Shown here one piece after another: positions 49,007 to 58,790 of a DNA stretch of 64,000 bases. The notes beneath the pieces were generated by a model. That model saw nothing but the letters and a program-made list of their open reading frames with translations, had not been told where the DNA came from and made no database searches. Origin of the DNA: an uncultured Acidobacteriaceae bacterium. GTDB taxonomy: Bacteria > Acidobacteriota > Terriglobia > Terriglobales > Acidobacteriaceae. The stretch covers positions 39,215-103,214 of the forward strand of contig CAVXHH010000010.1 of the NCBI GenBank assembly GCA_963761405.1, given 5' to 3'. Position 1 is the first letter of the stretch; each line of letters opens with the position of its first letter. The position numbers and the translations under genes are program-made.

Positions 49007-50008
49007 CTAGTAGTGCCGGTACCAGCTCTCCACTATCCGAGCGTATGCATCCCCATCCCAGTCCATAGGCTGGAATCGTGGCAGCACAAAGCGGTTGGAA
49101 GTCCGGGTAACAAGGCCGCCAAAGTTGGAGCAGGCGCACTCGAATCCATTCGCCCGCACCGTGTCGACTGTATGTCGGGTGTAGTGGTTCTTCTTGCCAA
49201 AGGGATAGGCGAAGCTGGTGATCGTCTTGCCGGTGAGTGCTTCCAGCCGCCCCTTGCTGCCCCCAATTTCATGCTGTTGCTGGTCGGACGGCAGCAGTGC
49301 CAGGACGGGATGGGTAAGGGTATGGGCGCCAATCTCCACCAGGTCTCCAGAAGCTAGCTCGCGCAACTCATTCTCGGTGAGGCACCGATGTTGCCGGCGA
49401 TCCCCATATGTCGCACCTCTACGCAGCTGTTCGAGTGCCTGCTCCCGCTCCGCGTCCGATAGTGTCACCAGCATTCCATAAAGTGTCAGGTATGCCGCTT
49501 GGCGGGGTCCCGGGGCGTCTTCCCATGCTCTCCAGCTTCTATCCGGATCCACACCCGGCGACTCGGCGGATTGCGGCGGAAAGGCATAGGCGTAGTCGTA
49601 GCCCTTCAAATTCAGACTTAACTCCTGTTGGCGCGTCGCCGGGTCGAGGATGAGCTTCGCCAGCTCATCCCACCAGAGGTTGTCAGGAACATTCAGATAT
49701 CCAGGGGTAACAAAGACGGTAGCCGGCACACCCGACGACTCCAGTGCAGGCTTAGCGGCGTGTAAGTTATCCGCGTAGCCATCGTCAAAAGTGATGCAGA
49801 CGGGCCGGGATGGAAGATCTTTGTCCGATCTTGCCCTGGCCAGCTCTTTGAGCGATACCGGATTGGCGATCGTCTTCAGAACCTGCAAATGCTGGGCAAA
49901 ATGCTCTGGGCTCACCCCGAGTGCCCATGGGTCCACGTTCGCCTCAGCCACGCGATGGTAGACGAGGATCATGGCCTTCTTGTGAAAGACGGTGCGGGCC
50001 CGATGCAT
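49007..50008 (-). CDS. polysaccharide deacetylase (NodB-homology, CE4) family protein
   Basis: ILVYHRV...ITFDDGYADN...THP motifs. ATG 50008 chosen, because the longer ORF overlaps the upstream GT2 gene. Confidence 0.8.
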   Translation of the reverse strand: MHRARTVFHKKAMILVYHRVAEANVDPWALGVSPEHFAQHLQVLKTIANPVSLKELARARSDKDLPSRPVCITFDDGYADNLHAAKPALESSGVPATVFVTPGYLNVPDNLWWDELAKLILDPATRQQELSLNLKGYDYAYAFPPQSAESPGVDPDRSWRAWEDAPGPRQAAYLTLYGMLVTLSDAEREQALEQLRRGATYGDRRQHRCLTENELRELASGDLVEIGAHTLTHPVLALLPSDQQQHEIGGSKGRLEALTGKTITSFAYPFGKKNHYTRHTVDTVRANGFECACSNFGGLVTRTSNRFVLPRFQPMDWDGDAYARIVESWYRHY

Positions 50009-50070
50009 GCGCCGTGCCGCCTTCTTCAGCGTGTTTCGGAACGGAATGTTCTGGGGAACGTTGATTTGTA

Positions 50071-51015
50071 CTACCTCCGGACCTGCTGGACTTGCCCTGG
50101 GGATGCCGGCGCTGCATTCCGCTGTACGAAAGCCGGCAGAACGCGCAGCAGAAGCAGCAATAATCCCTGAGGATAACGATAGGCAAGGATTTGGAGCTTC
50201 CGGCGAAGATGATCCGGACGTATCGCCGCATGCGATCTCGCCACCTCCGACGCAAGTTGCCGCCCGTACTGTCTTCGCCAGGATCTGATCCCATCGCAGA
50301 ATGCGAGCAGGCGGTGGACATCGTAGCGAACATACCTCGCCTGCCTGCGCAATACCTGCAGGGTGGTGGTCAACATCAACTCTGAGTTGCGCGACGTGTT
50401 TGTTCCGTGCATCCGGTACTCGGCGACGATCACGGCGTGGCAACAGATCGGCCGCACGCGTGCAATGCGCAGGTAAAGATCGTAATCTTCAGCCACACGA
50501 AGCGCGGTATCGAATCCTCCCACCTCATCGAAAATGCTTCTGCGGAACAATACAGAAGAAATCATTTCGATGAAATTGCTCTTCAGCAGCGCCTCATAGT
50601 GCCGGCGGGGTTCACACGCCTTATCGGAGTTTCCTAAGTGGGAACCGTCGGCCGCGATAAACACGTGATCTCCTACCGTGATGGCGCAATCCGGGTGCGC
50701 TGCGAGCGCATGCAGTCCAGACTCGATCGCTTCCGGCCGCAGGCGGTCATCCGCGTCCAGAAAGACAACGTAACTCCCCTTACTCTCCCGAATACCCGCA
50801 TTGCGTGCTACCGACAGGCCGAGGTTCTGCTGCCGTATGTAGCGGACGGGAAGCCGTTGAGCAATCTCCGGGCTGCTATCCGTGGATCCGTCATCGATCA
50901 CAACAACTTCTACTGCCCCATAGCTCTGCGCCAGGGCGCTCCTTAGTGCTTCTTCAAGAAACACCGCCCCGTTATAGCAGGGAACAATCACTGTTACCAA
51001 GGGGACGTTATTCAT
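50071..51015 (-). CDS. glycosyltransferase family 2 protein
   Basis: VIVPCYNGAVFLEEALRSALAQSY...VIDDGSTD...FLDADD (GT-A fold, DxD). Confidence 0.85.
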   Translation of the reverse strand: MNNVPLVTVIVPCYNGAVFLEEALRSALAQSYGAVEVVVIDDGSTDSSPEIAQRLPVRYIRQQNLGLSVARNAGIRESKGSYVVFLDADDRLRPEAIESGLHALAAHPDCAITVGDHVFIAADGSHLGNSDKACEPRRHYEALLKSNFIEMISSVLFRRSIFDEVGGFDTALRVAEDYDLYLRIARVRPICCHAVIVAEYRMHGTNTSRNSELMLTTTLQVLRRQARYVRYDVHRLLAFCDGIRSWRRQYGRQLASEVARSHAAIRPDHLRRKLQILAYRYPQGLLLLLLRVLPAFVQRNAAPASPGQVQQVRR

Positions 51016-51039
51016 AAAGTGGTCGATGTGCTCGGAGCA

Positions 51040-51345
51040 TTTGTATCAGTGTCTGGATTGGGGCCCGGCTTGCGTCGCCGCAGCGAGCGTTAGTCGGGCC
51101 GTAAGTGTCTTGAAAACATCTTGGGCTTTACAGGCTGCGGAAAAACTCCGTTTTGTATCAGGGCACGGCTTCAGTCGTGCCGCAAAAAGCCGCAAATGAC
51201 AAGGGCTTTAGCCCCTGAGGGCAATTTTCGAATCGAAAGAGAACCGTACCTCAGCGGCTTAAGCCATAAGGCGCACAAGATATTTGCGGCACGGCTGAAG
51301 CCGTGCCCTACCTGAGAAGTTTGTCTTTCCATCTGCTCGAACGCT
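51040..51345. repeat. REP-like mosaic repeat cluster 3
   Basis: GGGCTTTACAGGCTGCGGAAAAA (51123-51145), TGTATCAGGGCACGGCTTCAGTCGTGCCG (51154-51182), GGGCTTTAGCCCC (about 51211), and GGCACGGCTGAAGCCGTGCC (about 51287-51306). Confidence 0.75.
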
Positions 51346-51912
51346 TTAGTCTGTCGAGTTTTTCCGTAGCCTGTTAAGCCCCCGCGGCCCTCCCGAATCA
51401 GCCGTTACAGTTCTCTGGGAGCTCGAATGAATCGTATATCGACTACCCTCCGGGATAGGCTGTGCGGCAATAAAATGGCGCTGGCCTTTGTTGACTGCGG
51501 AGATACATCTGCACTGTTCTGCGTCGTCTTGATTACTTTCAGCTATGCGGAGAGCGCACAGCCTTTGCGTTAGCCGCCCGCAATCCAGCTCCGGCTGTTC
51601 TAGATTCGTACACGCCTCTGGCGATGTCCACCCAAGCGGCGCCGTCAATCGCGAAGGCAGGTGGCCCGTTGCGGCCAGGACCCCGCCATAGTCTTAGCCA
51701 CGAGAAAACCAGGGCTCCAGATCTCCGGGAAGAAACAAACTCCCGTTTCATCCCTCGTGGGTCGGCATAGGGAAAAAGGAGTCGTCCCAGAGGGGCGGCT
51801 GAAAGTAGCCAGGATGAAATCCTGGGCAACCACGGCACGTCAGTGCCGTGGGTTGCCCAGTAGGAAGCGGCAAAAATTGTGAACCCGCTCTAAACTATTC
51901 ACAGTAACCGAC

Positions 51913-52590
51913 GTGAAAAACCCCATCACCATTTCGAAAGAAGACTACCTGAAGGCCGTTCTGGAAGCGGAGAGCGAAGGCCAGGCAGTCATCCCGGCAA
52001 CGCTGGCGCACTGGTTGTGTGTGTCTCCGCCGGCGGTCACCATGGCGATCAAGCGCCTGCGGCGCGATGGTTTTCTTGAAGTCAAGCCGGATGGCATTGT
52101 AAGGCTCACGCCCAAGGGCAAAAAGACAGCGTATCGAACCGCCTTGCGCCACCACCTCATCGAGCGGATGCTGGCGGAGATGTTCGGCATGGAATGGTTT
52201 GAGGTGCATGACGAAGCCGAACGCCTGGAGCATGCCGTGTCGCCTGCATTTGAGGCTAAACTGTTGGAAAAACTGGGCTCGAAGGGAACCTGCCCACACG
52301 GCAACTGGGTCTTGCCGGAAAGTCCGGAGCAGCGTGGGAAACGCGGGATGGTATTGCTTTCAGACGCCGCCGAGGACTCCGGATACACCGTGGTAAGCCT
52401 CTATGAGCGTGACCAGAAGTTGTTGCTCTTTCTGCACCAGGCCGGCATAGCGCCCGGTGGCCGGGTCAACGTTCTGGCCAAGAATTACGACCGCACCATC
52501 TCGATTGAGACCACAGCGGGGCGTTCCACGTTAGGCCACCCTGCGGCGGAAAATGTCTGGGTCAAACGGAGGTCCGGCGGGAAAGCATGA
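51913..52590 (+). CDS. DtxR/MntR-family metal-dependent transcriptional regulator
   Basis: SKEDYLKAVLEAE...VSPPAVTMAIKRL HTH, then the metal-binding helix HHLIERML...HDEAERLEHAVS and a C-terminal FeoA/SH3-like domain. GTG start. Confidence 0.85.
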   Translation: MKNPITISKEDYLKAVLEAESEGQAVIPATLAHWLCVSPPAVTMAIKRLRRDGFLEVKPDGIVRLTPKGKKTAYRTALRHHLIERMLAEMFGMEWFEVHDEAERLEHAVSPAFEAKLLEKLGSKGTCPHGNWVLPESPEQRGKRGMVLLSDAAEDSGYTVVSLYERDQKLLLFLHQAGIAPGGRVNVLAKNYDRTISIETTAGRSTLGHPAAENVWVKRRSGGKA

Positions 52591-52714
52591 CCTCGCACAG
52601 AATGGTTTTAGAATTACCTAAGCGTTGGGAACGGAGGTTTTCTCCGGCATTCCCAAAGTAATGGAATATCGAAGAGTTGTCGCATTGCGAACAGGTGTCG
52701 TTGAGGTAGCCTCG

Positions 52715-52888
52715 ATGCGAATGAGGAATCTTTCCTTTATCTGGTTTGTGGGCGCCGTGGTGTGGTGGATTGACGCCGCTGTAGCCGTCCACTACGGCAA
52801 CAAGCCGCATGCCGTCCTGGCGCTTGCGGTGGCCTGCGTGTTCTTTGCCGCCGGCATTGTGTGGGTAAAGAGCACCGAGAAGCGGTGA
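52715..52888 (+). CDS. small two-TM membrane protein (hypothetical)
   Basis: MRMRNLSFIWFVGAVVWWIDAAVAVHYGNKPHAVLALAVACVFFAAGIVWV. GAGG lies 9 nt upstream of ATG 52715. Confidence 0.4.
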   Translation: MRMRNLSFIWFVGAVVWWIDAAVAVHYGNKPHAVLALAVACVFFAAGIVWVKSTEKR

Positions 52889-52901
52889 TTCCGAAACTGC
52901 T

Positions 52902-54512
52902 TTAGGAATTCTGAAAGCGCGTCTCAATCAGATCCAGTTCGCGCTCGATGGTTCTCAGCACTTCATCATTGATCTTGTCCTCGTTGCGCAGGCTGACCGC
53001 CGTGGAGCGTTCGAGCGCCCATAGTTCCCGGGTAAGATTGCGTTCGTAGCGGGCCACGGCGACCTCTCGTTTCTGCTTCGTAGACTCCCCACGGCCTCCG
53101 AGCAGCGTAGCGCGGGTGCGGTAGTGGCGCATCTTGTCTTCGTAAATCGCTGCATGTTCTGACTTTGCTTCCCGTGCCAGATTCTCCAGATAGGCGAGCA
53201 CGGTGTTCAGGATGAGAAGACGCGCCTGCTGCTCTTCAGCGCCGCCCTCGCCGCCGGAAGACAGTCCCAGTCTGGTAATAATCACCGGCAGCGATAGCCC
53301 CTGCAGCACAAGGGTCGCGAAGATCACGCAGAACGTAAGAAAGATGATGAGGTTTCGCTGGGGAAACGGGGCGCCGTTCTGCAACGTCGTTGGCAATGAG
53401 ATTGCGGCCGCCAGGGCCAGTACCCCGCGCATGCCGGTCCAGGCCACAATAAAAACCTGTTTCCCGCTGGGCCTTGGCTCCGTCTGATGCAGCCTGTGGT
53501 GCCGAATCCAATAGGAGATCATGGCGCCGGGATATACCCAGATGATTCTCAACGCCACCACCAGGATCGCGAACGTCGCTCCGTACCACGTCAGTTGCCA
53601 TGCGGAAAGATCGTGGATCCCGCTGAGCACCAGCGGAAGCTGCAGGCCCATCAGAATAAAAATAATCCCGTTAAGCGCAAACTCGAGTGTCTTCCACACC
53701 GCCGAGCTGTCCAGCCGTGCGTTGATCGACAGCACCTCTGAGTTCTTTCGCCCAAGATAAAGCCCGCAGGCAACCACCGCCAGCACCCCCGAAGCGTGAA
53801 TGCCCTCGGCCGCAAGATAGGCAAAGTAGGGGGTGGCCAGCGAAAGCGTGATTTCGACCGGGGCGTCGGTGATGTGCAGCGATATCTTATGAATGATCCA
53901 CGCAGATAGCAGTCCAATCGACAGTCCGCCGCAGACCAGCCACAACAGTTCCAGCATCGCGACGCCCACCGTGGGCCGCTGCCCGGCAACCACCAGCGCA
54001 ACCGTAAATTGCAGAGCGAGCAGGCCGCTGGCATCGTTGACCAGGCTCTCCCCTTCCAGTATGTCGACGATCCGGCGCGGCAGACCGAGACGTTTTGCAA
54101 TGGCCCCGGCGGCGATGGCGTCGGTCGTCGAAACCACCGCTCCCAGAACGGCGCCGAGGCGATAATCGAATCCGGGAATGAGCCAGCCCGTGCCCAGTGC
54201 GACGCCCAGCACCGTAAAACCAACCAGGCCAAACGCAAGCATCAGAATGCTGGCCAGGTTATGGTGAAAGTCTCGCCAGGACGTGTTAAACCCACCGATG
54301 TACAGTAACGGCGGCAGAACCACCAAAAAGACCACGTCGGGATCGAGTGCCATGTGAGGCAGATTCGGCAGCAGCGAGAGAACCACGCCACCGAGAAACA
54401 GCACAATTGGATAAGGAGTTTTGAAACGCTGCGCAAGGGTGGCCAGCCCGGCGACGAGGAGCACCAGAAAAAGCAGTGTGAGCTCGAGGTGATGTATACC
54501 GGCGGCCTGCAC
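52902..54512 (-). CDS. Na+/H+ antiporter (CPA1/NhaP type)
   Basis: 536 aa, about 12 TM segments plus a cytoplasmic C-terminal helical tail. Typical ...ESLVNDASGL... motif. Confidence 0.9.
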   Translation of the reverse strand: MQAAGIHHLELTLLFLVLLVAGLATLAQRFKTPYPIVLFLGGVVLSLLPNLPHMALDPDVVFLVVLPPLLYIGGFNTSWRDFHHNLASILMLAFGLVGFTVLGVALGTGWLIPGFDYRLGAVLGAVVSTTDAIAAGAIAKRLGLPRRIVDILEGESLVNDASGLLALQFTVALVVAGQRPTVGVAMLELLWLVCGGLSIGLLSAWIIHKISLHITDAPVEITLSLATPYFAYLAAEGIHASGVLAVVACGLYLGRKNSEVLSINARLDSSAVWKTLEFALNGIIFILMGLQLPLVLSGIHDLSAWQLTWYGATFAILVVALRIIWVYPGAMISYWIRHHRLHQTEPRPSGKQVFIVAWTGMRGVLALAAAISLPTTLQNGAPFPQRNLIIFLTFCVIFATLVLQGLSLPVIITRLGLSSGGEGGAEEQQARLLILNTVLAYLENLAREAKSEHAAIYEDKMRHYRTRATLLGGRGESTKQKREVAVARYERNLTRELWALERSTAVSLRNEDKINDEVLRTIERELDLIETRFQNS

Positions 54513-54649
54513 GGGTATTCTCCAGAAGCTCCAGCTTAACCTTCAGACGAACCGCGAGAAAAGCTGGCTACCCTCCGTAATAGGCAAAGGGTGGAATCGG
54601 CAGCCCCATTTCGGCCGCAAATCCCACCCCTTTTCCGGCAAATCTAAAT

Positions 54650-56059
54650 CTAAACGGTGGCCGAGGCTACGTCGGCTGCGTGTGCGTGCTCCCGCTCCGC
54701 CTGTGCTATGCACTGTTCGAGAATATCGAGGCCAATCGTCGCCTCATGCTGATGGATGATCAGCGGCGGCGACAGTCGAAGAGAGCTTTCTCCGCAGCCC
54801 AGCAACAGCAGACCCTGTTCAAACGCCAGGGAGACGATTCGGTCCCGCAACGCTGGTGCGGCCTCGCGGGTCAGCTGGTTCTTGACGATCTCAATACCGA
54901 TCATCAGCCCCCTGCCGCGAACCTCGCCCACAATGGGGTGCTTCGCCGGCCAGTCACGCAGCCGGGAGAAGAAAACCTCTCCCATGCCGGCCGCGTTGGC
55001 GATGCCTTCGCGCTCCAGAACATCCATGGTCGCGATCGCCGCGGCAATGGCCACCGGGTTGCCGCCAAAAGTGGAGGCATGGGAGCCGGGCACCCAATCC
55101 ATCAGATTCGCTCGCGTCATGCAAATCCCCAGCGGCATGCCCGAAGCGATTCCTTTGGCGATGCAAACCATATCCGGCTGCACGCCGGAGTGCTCCACCG
55201 CCCACCATTTCCCGGTACGGCCAGCTCCGGATTGCACCTCATCCACCACCAGCAGAATGCCGTGCTTATCGCAGATGCGGCGCAGCTCCTGCATGAAAAT
55301 ATCCGGCGCCACGACGTAACCGCCTTCGCCCTGGATGGGCTCAACGAAAATCGCGGCAACCTCCTCCGGCGGCAGTGTCGTCTTGAACAACTTCTCTTCG
55401 ATGTAGCGGGCGCAAGCCAGCGCAAAACGCTCCTCCTCCTGGGGCCCCCCGCTGCAGCCGCGGTAAGCATACGGATAGCGCACATGCGTGACCCCGGGAA
55501 CCAGCGGCGCAAATCGGCGCCGCTGCTGCGGCCTGGAGGCGGTGAGCGAAAGTGCGCCCATCGTCCGTCCGTGAAAGGCTCCAAAAAAGGCGATCACGTT
55601 CTGCCGGCCGGTATGGTAGCGGGCCAGCTTCAGCGCGCACTCGATCGCTTCCGCCCCCGAATTGCCGTAGTAGAAACGATGCGGCCCCGGCATCGGCGCG
55701 ATCGCCGAAAGCCGCTCTGCCAGGGCAATCATGTGCTCGTAGTAGAAATCGGTGCCCGAGATGTGTATCAATTCTGCTGCCTGTTTCTGGATGGCCGCGA
55801 CCACCTCCGGATGGCAATGCCCGGTAGAAACCACCGCAATCCCGGCGGCAAAGTCCAAAAACTCGTTTCCATCCACATCTGTCACGCGCACACCCCGGCC
55901 GCTCTTCGCAACCATCGGATACGAACGGGTGTAGCTCGGGGAAACATAGCGATCGTCCGCGGCGACAATCGCCCGGGCTTTCGGCCCAGGAAGCGGGCCG
56001 GTAATCTTTGGGCCGTATTGGGCCAGGAGCGCACTGCTTACGTGACCATTCTTCTGCAT
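54650..56059 (-). CDS. class-III PLP aminotransferase (4-aminobutyrate/acetylornithine aminotransferase family)
   Basis: FVEPIQGEGG and DEVQSGAGRTGK motifs. ATG 56059 (MQKNGHVS...) lies inside ORF 54650..56167. Confidence 0.85.
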   Translation of the reverse strand: MQKNGHVSSALLAQYGPKITGPLPGPKARAIVAADDRYVSPSYTRSYPMVAKSGRGVRVTDVDGNEFLDFAAGIAVVSTGHCHPEVVAAIQKQAAELIHISGTDFYYEHMIALAERLSAIAPMPGPHRFYYGNSGAEAIECALKLARYHTGRQNVIAFFGAFHGRTMGALSLTASRPQQRRRFAPLVPGVTHVRYPYAYRGCSGGPQEEERFALACARYIEEKLFKTTLPPEEVAAIFVEPIQGEGGYVVAPDIFMQELRRICDKHGILLVVDEVQSGAGRTGKWWAVEHSGVQPDMVCIAKGIASGMPLGICMTRANLMDWVPGSHASTFGGNPVAIAAAIATMDVLEREGIANAAGMGEVFFSRLRDWPAKHPIVGEVRGRGLMIGIEIVKNQLTREAAPALRDRIVSLAFEQGLLLLGCGESSLRLSPPLIIHQHEATIGLDILEQCIAQAEREHAHAADVASATV

Positions 56060-56503
56060 GATGCTTTCTCTGCTTTCTCGGCGTACCGTATCGGCGCCGG
56101 GCCTGACCGGATTTCCAGCTGCCATCCAAATCAGGGTGTGCGGCTCTTTCGTTGAGGAAAGCCGCATGAAGCTCTCTCGACACCATCAGTCCGGCTGCAA
56201 GTCCCGGTAGAAGGTGGGTCGATGGACCGCCTGCATCGGGGCGCAAGGCGGACAGAGGCTGGGCAGCGCTTCGGCGGAGTAAAGCTAGTCACCGCCGAAG
56301 AGACTAGGTCGGGTACCCGCGGGGAGCACCCCGGAAAGCCTGGGTGGCGCGATGGGACGCGCAGACCAGCGCAAGCAAAGCGCCGGCATGGAAGAACCGC
56401 CGGTATCCATCTTGCACCGTTTTTGGCTTTCCACCCGCATCCAGAATGTCCTCTTGCACCCTAAGCCTAGCACGGCTCTTTGGCGAGTTGGTTGTTCCTG
56501 AAC

Positions 56504-56610
56504 CCGTATTTCCTGTGGATGTTGGTGGAGCCACCAATCTGCATGCGACTTTCTATGAGGAAAGTCGCACATAATTGTTCCCGGCCAGTGCTGCGTGGCA
56601 GGAAATACGG
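56504..56610. repeat. stand-alone copy of the 107-nt multi-hairpin module (inverted relative to copies in B and D)
   Basis: CCGTATTTCCTG ... CAGGAAATACGG closing inverted repeat, with internal GCGACTTTC/GAAAGTCGC and TTGGTGG/CCACCAA hairpins. It has no outer element termini. It lies 17 nt downstream of the cysS stop. Confidence 0.75.
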
Positions 56611-56626
56611 GGAATCGACCGTGAGA

Positions 56627-58105
56627 CTATTTCCTCTTCCAGCGGGCGCCATCTTTGGAGTCCTCGATCGCGATTCCGAGCGCGGCCAGCTGGTTGCGGA
56701 TACCGTCGCTTCGTGCAAAATTGCGTGTGCGGCGTGCCTGCTCTCGCTCTGCCAGCAGTGCATCGATTTGCTGGTCGCTGAGCGAATACGCGGCCACAAG
56801 CTCCGGCGCTGCCTGCTCGCCCCGTCCTTCGTCCTGTGCCCATTGCAGGGAGGCACGAGAAATCTCGGCATCGCGGTCTTCAAGAATGCCGAAGACTTCA
56901 TCGAAGCGCCGTAATACTTCCTCGATGCCGGTGACGTTCTCGGTGTAAAGCTTGCCCGCGTCCGCTGCCACGTTGCCCGCGCGCACCAGGTCGAAAATCG
57001 CTGCTCTGGCCTCCGAGGTATTCAGATCGTTGGCCAGTGCCGCGTAAAAGTTTTGCTGCGCCTTCTCCGTCTGGTTTCGCAGCTCTTCATTCAACCCCGC
57101 CGGCCAACCTGCGCCGCGGATTCGCTTTGCGAAGGTGCGCACCCGATCCACCGCGCTCGCCGATTCCGTCAAACCTTCCATGGTGAAGTTCAGCGGGTGG
57201 AGGTAGGGAACCGAGATCAATAGAAAACGGATCGCGGAGGCCTTGTAGCCCTTGAGCAGCAAATCACGCAAAGTGAAGAAGTTGCCTTCGGACTTCGACA
57301 TCTTGCGGCCGTCGACCAGCAAAAAACGCACATGCATCCAGTGGTATGCCAACGTTTTTCCGGTTGCCGATTCCGACTGTGCGATCTCATTCTCGTGGTG
57401 CGGGAACATCAGGTCTTCGCCCCCGGCGTGCAGGTCGAAGCTCTCGCCCAGGTATCTGAGCGCCATCGCCGAGCACTCGATATGCCACCCCGGCCGCCCC
57501 GCGCCCAGAGCTGTGTTCCAGCTCGTCTCGCCAGGCTTGGCAGCCTTCCACAAAGCGAAGTCGCGGGCCGAATCCTTGTCGTACTCGTCCACATCCACCC
57601 GCGCCCCGTCGTTGATCGCAGAGAAATCTTTCTTCGCCAGCTTGCCGTATTCCGGAAACCCGGCAATGCGGAAGTACCACGAGCCGTCCGGTGCTTGATA
57701 GGCAAGATTCTTGGCTGCCAGGCGCTCGATCAGCGTCACCATCTGGGGAATATTTTCCGTAGCGCGCGCCACGATTTCGGGCCGCTCGCACCCCAGGGCA
57801 TCCAGGTCCTGGAAAAACGCCCGTTCGTATTTCGCCGTATATTCTTCGATCTTCATGTGCGCGGCCGACGCATTGCGGATGATCTTGTCGTCCACGTCCG
57901 TAATATTCATTACCTGAAGAATCTTGCGCCCCTGTTGTTTAAGAAAGCGGCGCAAAATATCCAGTTGCAGGAACGTACGGAAATTACCGATATGGCCGTA
58001 GTCGTAAACCGTTGGCCCACACACGTAAATGCGCAGGGTCTCGCCATCGATTGGTTCGAGATCTTCGACAGTATTGGAGAGTGTATTGAAGAGACGGATG
58101 ATCAT
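56627..58105 (-). CDS. cysS: cysteine--tRNA ligase
   Basis: HIGN (YDYGHIGNFR) and KMSKS (RKMSKSEGN) class-I motifs. 492 aa. Confidence 0.95.
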   Translation of the reverse strand: MIIRLFNTLSNTVEDLEPIDGETLRIYVCGPTVYDYGHIGNFRTFLQLDILRRFLKQQGRKILQVMNITDVDDKIIRNASAAHMKIEEYTAKYERAFFQDLDALGCERPEIVARATENIPQMVTLIERLAAKNLAYQAPDGSWYFRIAGFPEYGKLAKKDFSAINDGARVDVDEYDKDSARDFALWKAAKPGETSWNTALGAGRPGWHIECSAMALRYLGESFDLHAGGEDLMFPHHENEIAQSESATGKTLAYHWMHVRFLLVDGRKMSKSEGNFFTLRDLLLKGYKASAIRFLLISVPYLHPLNFTMEGLTESASAVDRVRTFAKRIRGAGWPAGLNEELRNQTEKAQQNFYAALANDLNTSEARAAIFDLVRAGNVAADAGKLYTENVTGIEEVLRRFDEVFGILEDRDAEISRASLQWAQDEGRGEQAAPELVAAYSLSDQQIDALLAEREQARRTRNFARSDGIRNQLAALGIAIEDSKDGARWKRK

Positions 58106-58205
58106 CCGGGCTGGAGTCTTGGGTTTTGCGAGTATTTGGTAGCTAACACGTCATCGTACCGTCTTGAACGATCGAACGTCCACTCGGGTTGCATTTCCTT
58201 GCGGC

Positions 58206-58790
58206 CTACGGCAAGAGCCGCTTGACCTCGGCAATCGATTTGCCTTTCCAATGCCGGGTGAAGTTGTCGAGCGAGCAGAGGCTGGCGCTGCGCATCCGGT
58301 CTACATAAAGCGTGCCCAATAGATGATCGATCTCATGTTGCAGGATGCGTGCGTGCCACCCTGAGGCGCGAATCACTTTGGCGCGGCCATTTTCATCCAG
58401 ACATTCGACCTTCACCTTTCGCGCGCGGGGTACAAGCGCCATCAGGCCGGGGACGCTGAGGCAGCCTTCAAAAAATTCCATCTCCACCTCGGATTCGAGC
58501 GTCAAAATCGGATTGATGATCACATGAAAGGCCACCGGCTTGCGCTCCCTCTCGGCCAGCACTTCCCGGCTCAGGTCTTTCATGTTTTCTTCGCGGTCTT
58601 CGATCACCGCGAGTTGTAACGGCAGGCCTACCTGGGGCGCGGCCAAGCCGACGCCCGGAGCATCCAGCATGGTCTCGCGCATCGCTGCGATCAGTTCCTG
58701 CGTGCTGGGCAGCCGTATTTCTTCCGGTTGCAGCGCCTTGGCGCGGGTGCGCAATACCGGCTCACCCACCGCTCTGATCTTTAGAATCAA
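58206..58790 (-). CDS. def: peptide deformylase
   Basis: GVGLAAPQVG, EGCLSVPG and HEIDHL motifs. No in-frame ATG is suitably placed. TTG 58790 gives (M)ILKIRAVGEPVLR and overlaps the tsaD stop by 4 nt (TTGA). Confidence 0.9.
   Translation of the reverse strand: MILKIRAVGEPVLRTRAKALQPEEIRLPSTQELIAAMRETMLDAPGVGLAAPQVGLPLQLAVIEDREENMKDLSREVLAERERKPVAFHVIINPILTLESEVEMEFFEGCLSVPGLMALVPRARKVKVECLDENGRAKVIRASGWHARILQHEIDHLLGTLYVDRMRSASLCSLDNFTRHWKGKSIAEVKRLLP

Noticed and set aside
54680-56155. 491-aa plus-strand ORF, the longest unexplained ORF in the track
   Set aside because: It is exactly antisense to the class-III aminotransferase, which has clear PLP motifs. Its product is R/P/H-rich low-complexity sequence typical of the antisense frame in high-GC DNA. 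The same reasoning applies to 34357..35253, 41258..42244, 4513..5409, 14225..15025, 43645..44418, 57332..58225 and 39467..40423.
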